Part shown: in pieces, positions 12,389 through 25,745 of the stretch
Layout: every line of letters starts with the position of its first letter
How positions within the stretch are numbered: position 1 is the stretch's first letter
Assembly: GCF_006345805.1 (NCBI RefSeq)
Contig: NW_021831866.1
Coordinates: 687 to 64,686, forward strand
DNA length: 64,000 bases
Direction: 5' to 3'
DNA from: Octopus sinensis
Taxonomy: Eukaryota
Translations under genes and position numbers: made by a program
The notes under the pieces: model-generated
Told to the model about the DNA's origin: nothing
Databases searched by the model: none
What the model saw: only the letters and a program-made list of their open reading frames with translations

Positions 12389-12390
<2 letters not shown>
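12226..12390 (+). mobile_element. 3' part of HHR-tailed SINE with a 5' fold-back palindrome
   Basis: Homologous to 20095-20235 and 59900-60047; perfect 42-bp palindrome at 12226-12267. Confidence 0.85.
12256..12301 (+). ncRNA. Minimal type I hammerhead ribozyme (predicted)
   Basis: GACAC-CUGAUGA-A-GGCCG(gaggguauau)CAGCC-GAAAC-GUU-GUGUU. Stem I GACAC/GUGUU; stem II 4 of 5 pairs; palindromic AACGUU helix III; predicted cleavage after U12296. Confidence 0.7.
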
Positions 12391-12441
<51 letters not shown>

Positions 12442-12619
12442 GAAGACGGCGGGCGAAATACTTAGCAGCGTTTCGCCCGTCGCTATGTTTTGAGTTCAAA
12501 TTCCGTATTTTGTCAAACTTCGGAGTGATAAAATAGATACTAGTTGTAAAGAGGGGTCGAACTGATCGACCTAACCTAACTCGTGAAATTGCAGGGCTTG
12601 TGTCAAAATTTGAAATCAA

Positions 12620-13860
12620 TATTACAACCACGAAGCAGTAAACAGAAACACCCCCGCCACCACTACCATCGCTGCCTAGCAGCAACAGTAACAATATCAC
12701 AAATATATATCTGACCACTACCCTCACCACGGGTGCCTCCCACCACAACCTATAACTCTTACCATCACCCTCACCACCACCACTATCCTCAGATATAATC
12801 AGCAACGCCACATACACCAAACTAAATATTAAAAAAACCCACCACCACCATTATCACCCACCCCCACTACCGCCGCCACCATTAAATTAGACTACTTCAA
12901 CCGCCGCCACCACCAGCATTAATAGATTACAAATATAACTAAAAATAAATATCACCACCACCACCACCACGGTCACCGCTGTCACTTAAAACATCATTTC
13001 CACCACCATCAGCAAAACCACCACTGCCGCCGCCTCCCCTGCTGCATCTCACCACCACCATTAATACATTCAAACAGCACTAAATATAAACGGTGGTAGG
13101 GCTACTTAGCTCCGCCACTACTTAAAACACCAGCGCCACCACCACCACCAGCACCGCCGCCGCCACACCACCACCACACCACTACCACCACCGCCACCAG
13201 CATGAACACTACCTCATCGGCACACATCACAACCACCGCCAGGACATTGCTACCATCGTCGGCAACCTCACCACGACCACCACCACCGCATGCAAACCAC
13301 TAAACGTAGCAGTAGTACTACCACTGCCACGATCTTACAAACTCCACCTCTAGCACAAGCGACGCAACCACTTCCATCACTAAAAAAACCCCCACAACGC
13401 CCTCCCCGCTCCCACCTCCACAACAGTCACCACCACCACTGCAACCGAGACCACCACAACCACCTCCACTACCACCACCAACATCTTCACTGCCACCATC
13501 ACCGTCACCTTCACTGCCGCCGTTGCCATCACGACCATCACCTCCACCACCACCACGACTATCACCTCCACCACCACAACCACCACCCTCACCACCACCA
13601 CTGCAGCCAATACCACTACCACCATCATCCTCACCAACACAACCACCGCAACCACCACCGCCGCCGCCATCACGACTTCATTTTCACCATCACCGCCATC
13701 ACGACCATCACCACCACCACGCCGCCATCACGACTATCACCTCCACCATTACAAACATCACCACCACCACCACCACGCCGCCGCCGCCATCACGACCATC
13801 ATCTCCATCATTACAAGCATCACCACCACCACCACCACTACCCTCACCAGTCCTCAACGT
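12620..13860. repeat. Degenerate (CAC/ACC)n trinucleotide-rich tract
   Basis: Visible in the sequence; source of the poly-H/P/T ORFs. Confidence 0.9.
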
Positions 13861-14288
13861 CGACCCTGACATGAAAATGTCGACAGGCAACATAGAGCTG
13901 ACCGTTAGGTACCTTATGTTAAACACGGAAACAACGACAACACGGATCCATTTCAGACAACCCGTCTTCACAAACAGAGGAACACAACACCAAAACAAAC
14001 CAATAAACAAACATAATAAATAAACAAGCATTATAAACATGGCAAGCAAATAAACAAATAAAATATGATCCTTCTTTATAGCAACCAAAATGTCTGAGTT
14101 GCCTAATTTTGCTCTTTACTAGCTACAGGACTGGGGCTTACATTACCATATAATGTATGACACACACACGCGTGTATGTGGGTATATATATTTATATGCG
14201 TATATGTATGCATGTGTGTGCACGTATATTCGTATATGTGTACAGACACACACACATATATACACATGCGTGCAAGTGGGTACATATG

Positions 14289-14319
<31 letters not shown>

Positions 14320-14451
14320 TATGTATGTATGTATGTATGTACGTGTATGTATATTCATATATGTGTATAGACACACACACATATCTATACATCATACATA
14401 CAAACTGTATTAGAAATAAGTGTATAATGCCATGCAGCCTTGTCTCCAGTA

Positions 14452-14501
<50 letters not shown>

Positions 14502-14581
14502 AATGATATATGTATATATATAAATAATATATATAATATATATATATAGACGCAGGAGTGGCTGTATGGTAAGTACCTTAT

Positions 14582-14997
14582 GGCGGCGTGGTGGCAGAAA
14601 CGTAACACGCCGGGCGAAATGCTTAGCGGTATTTCGTCTGCCGCTACGTTCTGAGTTCAAATTCTGCCGAGGTCGACTTTGTCTTTCATCCTTTCGGGTT
14701 CGATAAATTAAGTAGCAGTGACGCACTGGAATCGATGTAATCGACTTAATCCGTTTGTCTGTCCTTGTTTGTCCCTCTGTGTTTAGCCCCTTGTGGGTAG
14801 TAAAGAACTAGGTATTTCGTCTGCCACTACGTTCTGAGTTCATATTCCGCCAAGGTCGACTTTGCCTTTTATCCTTTCGGGTTTGATAAATTAAATACCA
14901 GTTATGCACTGGGGTCGATGTAATCGACTTAATCCCTTTGTCTGTCCTTGTTTGTCTCCTCTATGTTTAGCACCCTGTAGGCAATAAAGAAATAAGT
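14582..14997 (+). mobile_element. SINE family B with tandemly reiterated ~183-bp body (2 units)
   Basis: Head GGCGGCG.G.TGGCAGAAACG..; unit start GGTATTTCGTCTG at 14628 and 14811; core GACTTTGCCTTTCATCCTTTCGGGGTCGATAAA..GTACCAG. Confidence 0.85.
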
Positions 14998-15499
14998 AGC
15001 TTGCTTACCAACCACATGGTCCCAGGTTCAGTCCCACTGCGTGGCAACTTGGGCAAGTGTCTTCTACTATAGCCTCGGGCCAACCAACGCCCTGTGAGTG
15101 GCTTTGGGAGACGTGTGTATATGTGTTTATGTTTGTGTGTCTGTATTTGTCCCCCCAACATCGCTTGACAATATTACAACCACGAACTTAGCGGTTCGGC
15201 AATAGAGACCGATAGAATAAGTACTGGGCTTACAAAGAATAAGTCCTGAGGTCGATTTGCTCGACTAAAGGCGGTGCCCCAGCATGGCCGCAGTCAAATG
15301 ACTGAAACAAGTAAAGGAATTATATATATATAAATATAAGCATGTGTTGTACGTATATGTATGTATCTGTATATATATATATGTGTGTGTGTGTGTATTC
15401 ATATATACACATACGTGTGCACATACATATATACATATATTCATGCACACACACATATGTACATGCTCATACATATACAGATATACATGTGTGCATGTA

Positions 15500-16709
15500 C
15501 GATGTTGAACTGACACAACGTTGTTCAAAATTCCACGTTTGATAGAAAATCTTTTCCTTTATTCACTTGGGTTACTCAAGATAATATGCCCCACATTTGC
15601 GCCATCTTTTCACGCAACTCTGGAAGCTTCTTCGAAAAACAAAATTCTGATTCACGCTGCTGTAGCCACTTCTTCACAACCACTTTTACTTTTTGTTATG
15701 AAATCATTGTCCCTTAACACTGTTCTTTACTGGACCGAGGGCATCAGATCCACGTAATACGATGACAGGGCGATAACTCACCCACACTATTCGCTGTTTG
15801 CGTGTTTTGCTACCAAAGATGTGCGTTATTGCACATTGTTATGGTGAATATAGACCAGGTTTCAAATTCTTATTAGAACTCTTTCATGTAACGGCTTCTC
15901 TAAGCTTTTTGAGAGTTTCAATGTATCACTCGCCCACTGCTCACCGCACAGCCATGTTCTAAAAGCGCAAGGAGAATGAGGCCCACGTCGTCCCTAAATT
16001 GTTACCACGCCTTCTTTTGCCGATCTTAGGCTTTTGTGCTTCTTGCGCATTGGAGAAAAGGTGCAACTGTATTTCATAGAACGAACCATTATTTTCTGGA
16101 TCATAAAGATGCTGCTACATTTCATCTGTCACCAGATCCGAAACGTATTTTCATTGGCTTAATTATTTCCAGGAGGTCAGAGCAAACATTCATCACTTTC
16201 TCCTTTTATACGTGTATCAACAGCCGAGGTACCCACTTTATATACACAGCCCAACACCCAAAGTCTTCTACTATCGTCTGCCATGCCTTGTGACCTCAGT
16301 CCAGTTGTGCAGTAAGACCATGGATTAAAATTCATCTGTAAACGCGAATCCATTCGTCCATTTGCTGGCGATTCGTGCTAGTGGTCACAGTCGATGGATT
16401 TTCTTCAATACTGGTTTCCCCTTCTTTTTAACATCATCCATCTTTGCATTTCGTTCTTGTCAATGGTGACAACTCCGAAAGTCACCTTATGACCTTCCGC
16501 AGAGGTCGGACAGCTTGTAGCCCCCACTGCGTCAAGAATACAATGTTGGCTCGTTGCTTTTGTGTGGAACCCATTGTTTTCCCAGAACGAAGAACGCGAA
16601 GAAGAGTTACTGCAGAGAAAGAATTACTTAACCAACATATGCAGTTTGAACGACTTATATCAAGTAAAAAGTTACGCCCAGTTTTACGTTACTTTCAGTA
16701 GTCCTCATG
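15500..16709 (-). mobile_element. Decayed mariner transposon
   Basis: Transposase motifs below; TIR-like TA|CATGAGGACTACTGAAAGT at the 16709 end; the other TIR is not confidently seen. Confidence 0.8.
15572..16400 (-). pseudogene. mariner DD34D transposase remnant
   Basis: KWVPRLL (about 16218-16238); LVTDEM*QHLYDPE (ITGDETWVHHYDP-like); HHNNVQ*RTS (HHDNARPH-like); SSYYVDLMPS..GPVK (PPYSPDLAPS-like); KKWLQQRESEF..KRWRKCG.Y.E*. Many stops and frameshifts. Confidence 0.9.
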
Positions 16710-16928
16710 TATGGGGTTCAGTTTCTCCTACGCTGCTCTACCAAGCCTACATATTTGTTCTGTCTATCTACCCATCTATCTATCTATCTATCTATCTATC
16801 TTCCCCAAAAGAAAAGCTCTACTTTGTATTTTGACTCCTCTGTGTTCAGCCCTGTGTGGCCAATAAAGAAACACATCTCTCTCTCCACCCATCTGTCTGT
16901 CTGTCTATCTATTCCCATCTATCTACCC

Positions 16929-16962
<34 letters not shown>

Positions 16963-17345
16963 GCACATACAAACACATAAATAACAAAACCAAAATTCCA
17001 TACGCACCCTTTCTCTTTATATATTCGTTAACATCCCTTTTACTAACAAGACATATTTTGGACATTACTTAGAAAGGAGCCTTTGTTTTCTGCACACAGA
17101 AAGATAAGAATTGTTTCTAATTTTTCTTTACGTCTATTGATTTCCAAACATACTAACAGTCTGCTTGCCTTTTAATCATAAGTTCGCCAGAGCTTTATGT
17201 TTCTGCTATTCTTTTTCAACCTAGTTTCTTTGATATTGTTGCAGTTATTACAATCGTTGTGGTTAAGTCTTCTTGTTGCTGTATTGATGGACAAGGATAC
17301 TTCTAAGAGCTCCCAGTCTGTCTGTCTGTCTGTCTGTCTGTCTGC

Positions 17346-17432
<87 letters not shown>

Positions 17433-18085
17433 CCTATCCATCTATCTTTGATACACCGTACATAGTTTTAAGTTAACTAGCCAGCTACCTGTCTGGCTAG
17501 CTGACATTTTCGTCGTAACGTTACTCGCCGGAAACAGGCGAATGTCTCGATGATATATATCGAGTTTCTGTCGTGGCATATAAAGACAGTTTTGCAAAGA
17601 TCTGCAATCATGCATGTTATAGTTTGTAATTGAAATGCAAGTTAGATGTGACAGACAACGCTTGCAGTACAACTGACAGCGAAACACAAAACAAACGGCT
17701 TGTTTCCAGCGATGGAGGCCTGCTAGTGATAGAGGGTGCAGTTCACTTGCAGTTGCAATGGCGTTTCGTTCGCTTGATGCAAGTCCGTAGACGTAGACAT
17801 GATACGTGCACGTGTATTGTTATGCAAGTGTGTGTGTGCGCGCGTGAGAGAAAGAGAGAGAAAGAGGGGTAGGAAAAGAAAGAAGGGGGGAAACCATATC
17901 TACATACATACGCATGTTCATATGTGTGTGCGTGCGTATATATATATATATAATATATATATATATATATACATATATGTATACATATATGTGTAAATAT
18001 ATGTGTATATATATATATATACAATGTATATATATATATATATAATATATATATATATACATATATGTATACATATATGTGTAAA

Positions 18086-18119
<34 letters not shown>

Positions 18120-18286
18120 CTAAGCAATAAGGGTTTAGCAACGAGTGCCTTACCACATACCGAATTTAGAAATAGCAGTCAAAGGGTTATAGCTTTCTTC
18201 TACAAAAAAGGGAGATCTCAGTAAAAATATATATATATTATATATATATATATATATATACATATATGTATACATATATGTGTAAA

Positions 18287-18336
<50 letters not shown>

Positions 18337-19789
18337 TACGTATGTAAATGTATGCGTGTATACACACATACACAAATATTTTCCATATAGATAAGTAATC
18401 TATATATACATACATATCTTCTAATGTCTATCTATCGATCTATCTATCCATTGATTCACCAATCTATCAACCATTTTGTGTCTATACACAGCGTGCACAC
18501 AGGCACACAAAAAACACACCCACACAAATGTACAGATAGATAGATAGATAGATAGATAGAGAGAGAGAGTGAAAGAGACTATAGGTGAGAAAGATGCATA
18601 CATATGCATATTCTTCAATGTGTGTGTGTGTGTTTGAATGTAGTATAAACGTGACGTTCAGTTATTCACCGAAACCTGGAAACGTGTTCTAACTGAATGT
18701 ACGTGGTCATGTGACCGTTTCTTTCTTTTCTTTTCTACTTTGTTTTTTGTTGCTGTGTCTATTTGTGCGCATGTCAGCATGTCTATGTGTTTGTTTTAAC
18801 ATTTGTTTGTTGGGAGATGGTGGTGGTGGTGGTGGTGGCATATTTGTCGTTGGCACTAACGTGTATATAAACTTGTGTGTACATGTATGTATATAGGTAT
18901 GTGTATGTGCGCCTCTCTAAGTGCATATACTAAAGTGTGTGTGTGTGTGTGTGTGTGTGTCTGCATGTGTAGGAGATTGAGGGTGTTAGTGTGCGTGTGT
19001 GTGTGTGAACTAGAGTGAATATGTGTACGAGACTGAATTTAAATGTGTACTAGTGTGTGTATATGTATGTATTAGACTGAATGTGTACGTGACTGAGACT
19101 GAGTGTGTGTAAGAGAATATGTGTATGTGTGTGCAAGAGTGTGTGTGTGTAGTGTATTTGTGTGTCTGTTCGTGCGTACGCATATTATAATGTTTGATTA
19201 GATATATTTATGTTTTTCTTTCAAGGCCGTAGTAAGAAAACACAACAACTGTCTAGTGTTTCTGAAACACACACACGCACACACACATACGTACATACAC
19301 TTGCAGACATGCACATGTACACATATAGATACTTAAACACACACACACACACACATACACGCATGCGCGCGCGGAAACCTTTTGTACACATGCTAACACG
19401 GAAAAATAAAACAAAGACACCAACAACTGAAAAACTGAGGAATATACTACTACTACTACTACTACTACTACTAAGTAGTAGTAGTTGTAGTAATAGTAGC
19501 GTTATCTTGAGGCATTGGCGCTCCGGGCATTTGCCCGTGGGGCTCCAATGGTCCAGCTCAGTGCTACTCAAAGCGAGCCATCAGCTGCCGGTACGCGGTG
19601 AGTTTCCAGAAAAGAAAGAAACGTTATAAAATGCTTATAAAATACTTATGTAATATTGTATTATTTGTTTACAAAATACATATAAAATTTTTTTTAAATT
19701 GTCAACTTTTATTATATTCATTATATATAGTGTTTATTAGTTACATTATTTAAATTTGACGGATATTTGTCCTCATCTTGTTTGTTGTT

Positions 19790-19835
19790 AACGCAACGTT
19801 TCGGCTGATATACCCTCCTGCCTTCATCAGGTGTC
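19790..19835 (-). ncRNA. Minimal type I hammerhead ribozyme (predicted)
   Basis: Minus strand GACAC-CUGAUGA-A-GGCAG(gaggguauau)CAGCC-GAAAC-GUU-GCGUU; intact core, one mismatch each in stems I and II. Confidence 0.6.
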
Positions 19836-19882
19836 TTGCGGAAATTTCGAACCTGGGTTCTCATTCCTAAGGTATTTTTCGA

Positions 19883-19916
<34 letters not shown>

Positions 19917-20112
19917 ATCATCATCATTATTATTCAGGTCACTGCCTGGAATCGAACTCGGAATCTTGGGGGTTAGTAGCGCGGCGTAGTGGTTAAGAGC
20001 ACGGGCTTCTAACCCCAAGATTCCGAGTTCGATTCCAGGGAGTGACCTGAAGGATAATAAAAATATCGAAAAATACCTTAGGAATGAGAACCTAGGTTCG
20101 AAATTTCTCCAA

Positions 20113-20158
20113 GACACATGATGAAGGCTGGAGGGGATGTCAGGCGAAACGTTGTGTT
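20113..20158 (+). ncRNA. Decayed hammerhead copy (core C3 changed to A)
   Basis: GACAC-AUGAUGA-A-GGCUG..CAGGC-GAAAC-GUU-GUGUU. Confidence 0.45.
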
Positions 20159-20451
20159 AACAAACAAGATGAGGACAAATATCCGGCAAATATAAATAAT
20201 GTACATAATTCCTCATCTCTTAAATATAGAACTGTATATATATTGTTTCAGGTTTGAATTAATATTACCGGTCCCTGGCACATTGGAAAAAAAAACTGCC
20301 TGTACGCCCCACCCGATAGATTGAGAAGCATTAGTCTAGAGGTCCCAATGCAAACCTATGTTGCAATGTCTACAGTGATCCCAGGACGTGGCTTTACCGG
20401 GGGACTAACAGTGCTGGTGAGAGGCCCTGATTATTATTATTATTCTTAAAG

Positions 20452-21120
20452 GTGGCGAGCTGGCAGAATCGTTAGCATGCCGGGCAAAATGTTTAGTGGT
20501 ATTTCGTCCTTCTTCACGTTCTGAGTTCAAATTCCGTCGAGGTCAACTTAGCCTTTCATCATTTCGGGGTCGATAAAATAAGTACCAGTTGAGCACTGGA
20601 GTCGATGTAATCAACTTAACCCTCCTCCGAAATTACTGGATTTGTGCCAAAAATTGAAACCTTCTTATAATTGAGTCGGCGATCTGGCAGAAACGTTAGC
20701 ATGCTGGGCGAAATGCTTAGCGGTATTTCGTCTGCCGTTACGTTCTGAGTTCAAATTCCGCCGAGGTCGACTTTGCTTTTCATCCTTTTGGGGGGGTTGA
20801 TAGATTAAGTACCAGTTACGCACTGGGGTCGATATAATCGACTTAATCCGTGTATCTATCCTTGTTTGTCCTCTCTGTGTTTAGCCCCTTGTGGGTTGTA
20901 AAGAAATAGGTATTTCGTCTGTTTTTACGTTCTGAGTTCAAATTCCGCCGAAGTCGACTTTGCCTTTCATCCTTTCGGGGTCGATTAGATAAGCACCAGT
21001 TACGCATTGGGGTCGATATAATCGATCCGTTTGTCTGTCCTTGTTTGTCCCCTCTGTGTGTAGCCCCTTCTGGGTAGTAAAGAAATAGGTATTTCATCCT
21101 GCGTTCAAATTCCGCCGAGG
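20452..21120 (+). mobile_element. SINE family B cluster, including one with a reiterated body
   Basis: Heads at about 20452 and 20677; unit starts GGTATTTC at 20722, 20909 and 21088. Confidence 0.8.
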
Positions 21121-22856
21121 ATTTTTTTCTTTATTTGGTTTCAGTCATCAGATTGGGGCCATGCTAGGACACCACACGGGAGCATTTTTACTTGAATGCA
21201 TAAACTCCAGTACTTACTTTTTTAAAACCCTTGTACTTATTCTATAGGTGTCATTTGCCTAACCGCTAGATAACAGGGACGTAAACACACCGTCACCGGT
21301 TGTTGAGCGATGGTGGGTGACAAGCACAGACAGACACACACACATACGACGGGCTTCTTTCAGTTTCTTATTTCTTTATTGCCCACAAGGGGCTAAACAT
21401 AAGGGGACAAACAAGGACAGACAAAGGGATTAAGTCGATTACATCAACCTCTGTGCGTCACTGGTACTTAATTCATCGACCCGGAAAGGATGAATGGCAA
21501 AGTCGACCTCGGCGGAATTTGAACTCAGAACGTAACGGCAGACGAAATACGGCTTCGCATTTCGCCCGGCGTGCTAACGTTTCTGCCAGCTCGCCACCTT
21601 CCTTTTTTCAGTTTCTGTCGACTAAATCCACTCACGAGGCTTTGGTTGGCTGTAGGCTATAACAGAAGATACTTGCCTAACGTGCAACTGAACTTAGAAG
21701 CACGTGGCTCGAAAGCAAACTTATCATACAGCCAAAAGCTTTGTCTGCGCGTCACGTAGCATAGACGCCATTAAATACCGAGTTATTGTATCTGGTGTAG
21801 ATAAACGGAAGATGTGCACATCATGAGATAGGCATCAATGTAAGTGTATTAAACATTGTACAGACGTTATTGCATAACAACCTGGTTTGTATATTGTGTT
21901 GCAAGGATGTGGTATGCGTGTGGCTGCGTTTGAATGATGTAACAACATCTTGCAAACACATAACTGTGACTCTTATTTCGCCGCACAAATAATATTTTCG
22001 GGTTGGTCACGAATTAGAATGTTTCAACAACAAATCAACACAATTGAAAGAATAATTCCGTAGCATTCATAAATAGTTGATTACAAAAGCTCTGTACTTA
22101 AGCTCGCCAAAACGGCCAAATATAGCGACTTAATCAGGTTGAGTAAAAGGTGTGAAAACAATCATTGTAAAAGGTAATAGTGTGTGGACCTGGAGCGTGG
22201 GTTACCCCACACTAAAGGTTGGCGCCAAAAACGTGTTTTTTTTTGTAATCCTTGTATCGGAACGTTCCAGAAGGATCTAGAATGATCTATCACATAGAGT
22301 GTGGTTGCTGATAGATCAATAACTCGGCCTAACACAGGAAGAAGTCGAAGCTGTGCCATGATCTAAATGTCGCAATCTGATCACCTGGTTTCCAGTCTTG
22401 CTACAATAACATACTATAAATGCTGTTGCATGCCAGCGTTGTATATCACGTGGTATATAGCGGGTGGCGAGTTGGATGAATCGTTTGAGCGACAGACAAA
22501 CTACTTCGTGGTATTTGTCCCGAGGTTCTGTGCCCTGAGTTCGAATCCCACCGAGGTCAACTTTGCTTTTCATCCTTTCGGAGTCGATAAAAATGTACCA
22601 ATGCATCACCGTTTATACGATTATCAAAACGTGCCGTCCTATCGCAGGGTTTAGTTTATTAGTTATAAAATGCAGCACCGGTTATACGATCAGCAAAATG
22701 GATTCTCGGATTTGAGAATAAAATTTATTAGTTACTGTACTTCTTCATTAGTGATTAAATGCAGCTCTGCTACGATTGGGTCACTAACGTGAACTAGTCT
22801 GTTTGGAAGTGAAGAGCATTGGCTGTCAAATAGAAATTAAGTTTATTTTATAACTG

Positions 22857-23180
22857 TGAAGGTGCGTGTCTCAGTGGTTAGTGTATTCCGCGCATAATCG
22901 TAAGGTCGTGAGCTCGATTTCCGGTTACACGTTGCATCCTTGAGCAAGACACTTTATTTCACATTGCTCCAGTCCAGCCAACTGGCATAAATGAGTTGTA
23001 CTTGTATTTGAAAGGGCCAACCTCGTCACATTCTGTGTCACGCTGAATCCTGCATAGAACTACGTTAAAGTTACGCGTGCCTGTGGAGTGCTCAACCACT
23101 TGGACGTTAATCACACGAGCAGGCTTATCCGTTGATCGGATTAACTCGAACCCTCGTTGTCGTAACCGACAGAGTACCAG
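22857..23180 (+). mobile_element. tRNA-derived SINE (GTCCTTGAGCAAGACACTT core)
   Basis: Head CTCAGTGGTTAGTG..GAGCTCGATT; homologous minus-strand copy at about 32925-33225. Confidence 0.7.
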
Positions 23181-23802
23181 TATTTGCTTTCTTAGTTCAT
23201 TACTTAGAATAAGCTCGTCCAGCGACAAGCTGCGAACCCGCAAACTCTACGTTGAATGTCAGAAATCCTTCCCAACTGGTTACCTAAATTCTCTTATTCG
23301 ATTACAATTCACTCAACCTCCTAGACCTCCCCCACTCTACAAAATCACACGGCACAGCCTATTCTTCATAACCTACCCATGTAACAACATTCTTCCATTG
23401 GCCCTTAATTTTTTATGTCTCTGACACACGGTTTGGGTAATTGCAACCATTTTCAGCACCCGCTTTACTTAGAAGAAAACTTTATAAAAGGACCTTCCTT
23501 CCCTCCTTCCTTTCTTAACCCTCTTAAACATCTCTTTGCTTATCATGTGAATATATCCATGGACCTGTTCTAACATGATTGTGGCAATATGAGTGCAGGT
23601 AAATGTAATTATACATGTGTGTATTTATAATTACATAAGTATATATAATTATACATAAGTGTTCATATTATATATATATATATATACACACAAACACGTT
23701 TATGGCCCTTCTGGTATGTCTTTCTATTTCCTGTCTCCCGTTTTAAATATCTCTCTAACTTTCTCTCTTTCACTCTTTTCTCTCCATGTGTGTATGTGTT
23801 AT

Positions 23803-23843
<41 letters not shown>

Positions 23844-23970
23844 ACATATACACATGGAAAGAGAAAAGAAAAAGAGTGAAAGAAAGAGGAGAGAGGAAAT
23901 AGAAAGACATACTTGATGGGCCATAAACGTGTGTGTGTGTACGTACATATACATACATACATACATACAT

Positions 23971-24044
<74 letters not shown>

Positions 24045-24354
24045 CGATAGAAATCTCCAGTGGTAAGACTCTGGAATTTACACATTGTTCAAGCTTCTAT
24101 TTCCATTTCACATAACGCTAATGGTACTACTGAAGAATCAGAAAATCAGAACTTAAATGTAAATGCAAACACCCGAGAAACAATCCTTTAGATTATATAT
24201 ATATATGCACACACAAAGTATGGGGATTTAGTTCACAGGTGATCTAAACGATTAGGTACGCTAGGTAAGTGGTGTAACGGATCACTAGGGCTCCGAGGTT
24301 ATAGCCTACACGGTAGTTATGGAGCCATTGCAGAATTCCGATGCAGCGAATATT

Positions 24355-24514
24355 ATTGTTAAAGAGGACAACAAACGTTAAGGCAAGGCAAGTGTCTCAA
24401 GTCGTATACAAAATTTTTATTGGAAAAAAATAAGTTTTTCCAATAATAATAATGATATTGTATACAACTTGAGATGTTTGCCTTGCCTTAATGTTTGTTG
24501 TCCTTCTTAACAAT
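24355..24514. repeat. Fold-back inverted repeat (~57-bp arms plus inner hairpin)
   Basis: ATTGTTAAAGAGGACAACAAACGTTAAGGCAAGGCAAGTGTCTCAAGTCGTATACAA versus TTGTATACAACTTGAGATGTTTGCCTTGCCTTAATGTTTGTTGTCCTTCTTAACAAT. Confidence 0.85.
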
Positions 24515-24556
<42 letters not shown>

Positions 24557-24918
24557 GAGAGAGAGAGAGAGAGAGGGAGAGAGAGTGTGTGTCATTATGA
24601 GTTCATTATCATTTGCATTTTTGTCAGATGAATAGTGGCAGACTAGCAGAGTCGGTAGAGCATTGGGCAGAATGTCTTGCGATATTCGTTTATGTCACTC
24701 ACGGTTTGTGGATTCAAATTTCACCGAAGTCGTCTATACCTTCTCCTTTTCCTGGAGTCAATAATGTGAAGTACCAGTCATGCCCTGGGTTGTATGTAAA
24801 TAACTGTGCGACTTCTCGTTCTCACCAAAATTATGGAACTGTTGTATTAAGGTTAGAAACAATTATTTTGTCACAAAGTGTAATTTGGTACCCATAACAA
24901 GTAGATGGACATACGTAT

Positions 24919-24949
<31 letters not shown>

Positions 24950-25084
24950 GACATATACACGAAAATACACACCCAAATGCATACATACACACATACACAC
25001 ATACACAGGCATTCACGCGAAAGCATGCACGCACGTTTACACACACACCCACCCACACATATATACATACAAAAATAAAAGGTA

Positions 25085-25745
25085 AAGAACCCCTTTGGTC
25101 ATGAATGACTATAAGACTTCACCTAGAAAGTTCCCCTTTGAGTCACAAGTCCGGGCAAGGTTGTTTATGGAAGACCAGCAATCACCCATGAATACCAGCC
25201 ACCCCTTTCCACGCCACCGATGTTACTCAAGGGAAAGGCAAAGGCCGATACAGCTTGGCACCAGTGACGTCGCGAGTGAACTGGAACAACATGAAATGAA
25301 GGGTTTTGCTCAGAACACAATGTATTTCCTAGTACAGGAATCGAAACCACAATCTTACAAGCATAAATCCAACACCTGAACCACTAAGCCATGTGCCTTT
25401 ACAATATCATAATAATTAAAGAATCCCTTCGTTTAGCAATGATCATGGGATGCATCTAGAAAGTTCCCCTCCGAGGCACAAGTCTGGGTAAGGTTGTTTA
25501 TGGAAGACCAGCAGTTGGCCATGCATACCAGCCTCCCCTCTTCACGCCACCGATGTTATCCAAGGGAAGGCAAAGGCCGATACAGCTTGGCACCGGTGAT
25601 GTCACAACTCATTTCTACAGCTGAGTGAACTGGAGCAACGCGAAATAAAGTGTGTTGCTCAAGAACACATCACACAGCCCGATCAGGGAATCGGAATCGC
25701 TACCTTGTGATTGTGAATCCGACGATCTAACCCCTGAACCATATA
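25085..25745 (-). mobile_element. Two tandem copies of a tRNA-headed SINE
   Basis: CTAGAAAGTTCCCC..GGAAGACCAGCA..GGCAAAGGCCGATACAGCTTGGCACC occurs twice (about 25123 and 25456); the minus-strand head is GGCACATGGCTTAGTGGTT. Confidence 0.75.

Larger units (their letters stand above)
19741..20235. mobile_element. Head-to-head inverted pair of tRNA-headed, HHR-tailed SINE copies
   Basis: 19741-~19983 is the reverse complement of ~19998-20203. The right copy has A box TAGTGGTTAAG (19987-19997) and B box GAGTTCGATTCC (20025-20036). Confidence 0.9.

Noticed and set aside
19983-20050. tRNA gene
   Set aside because: A and B boxes are present, but the acceptor stem does not close and the sequence continues into a repeat body; it is a SINE head. 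The same applies to the other tRNA-like heads.
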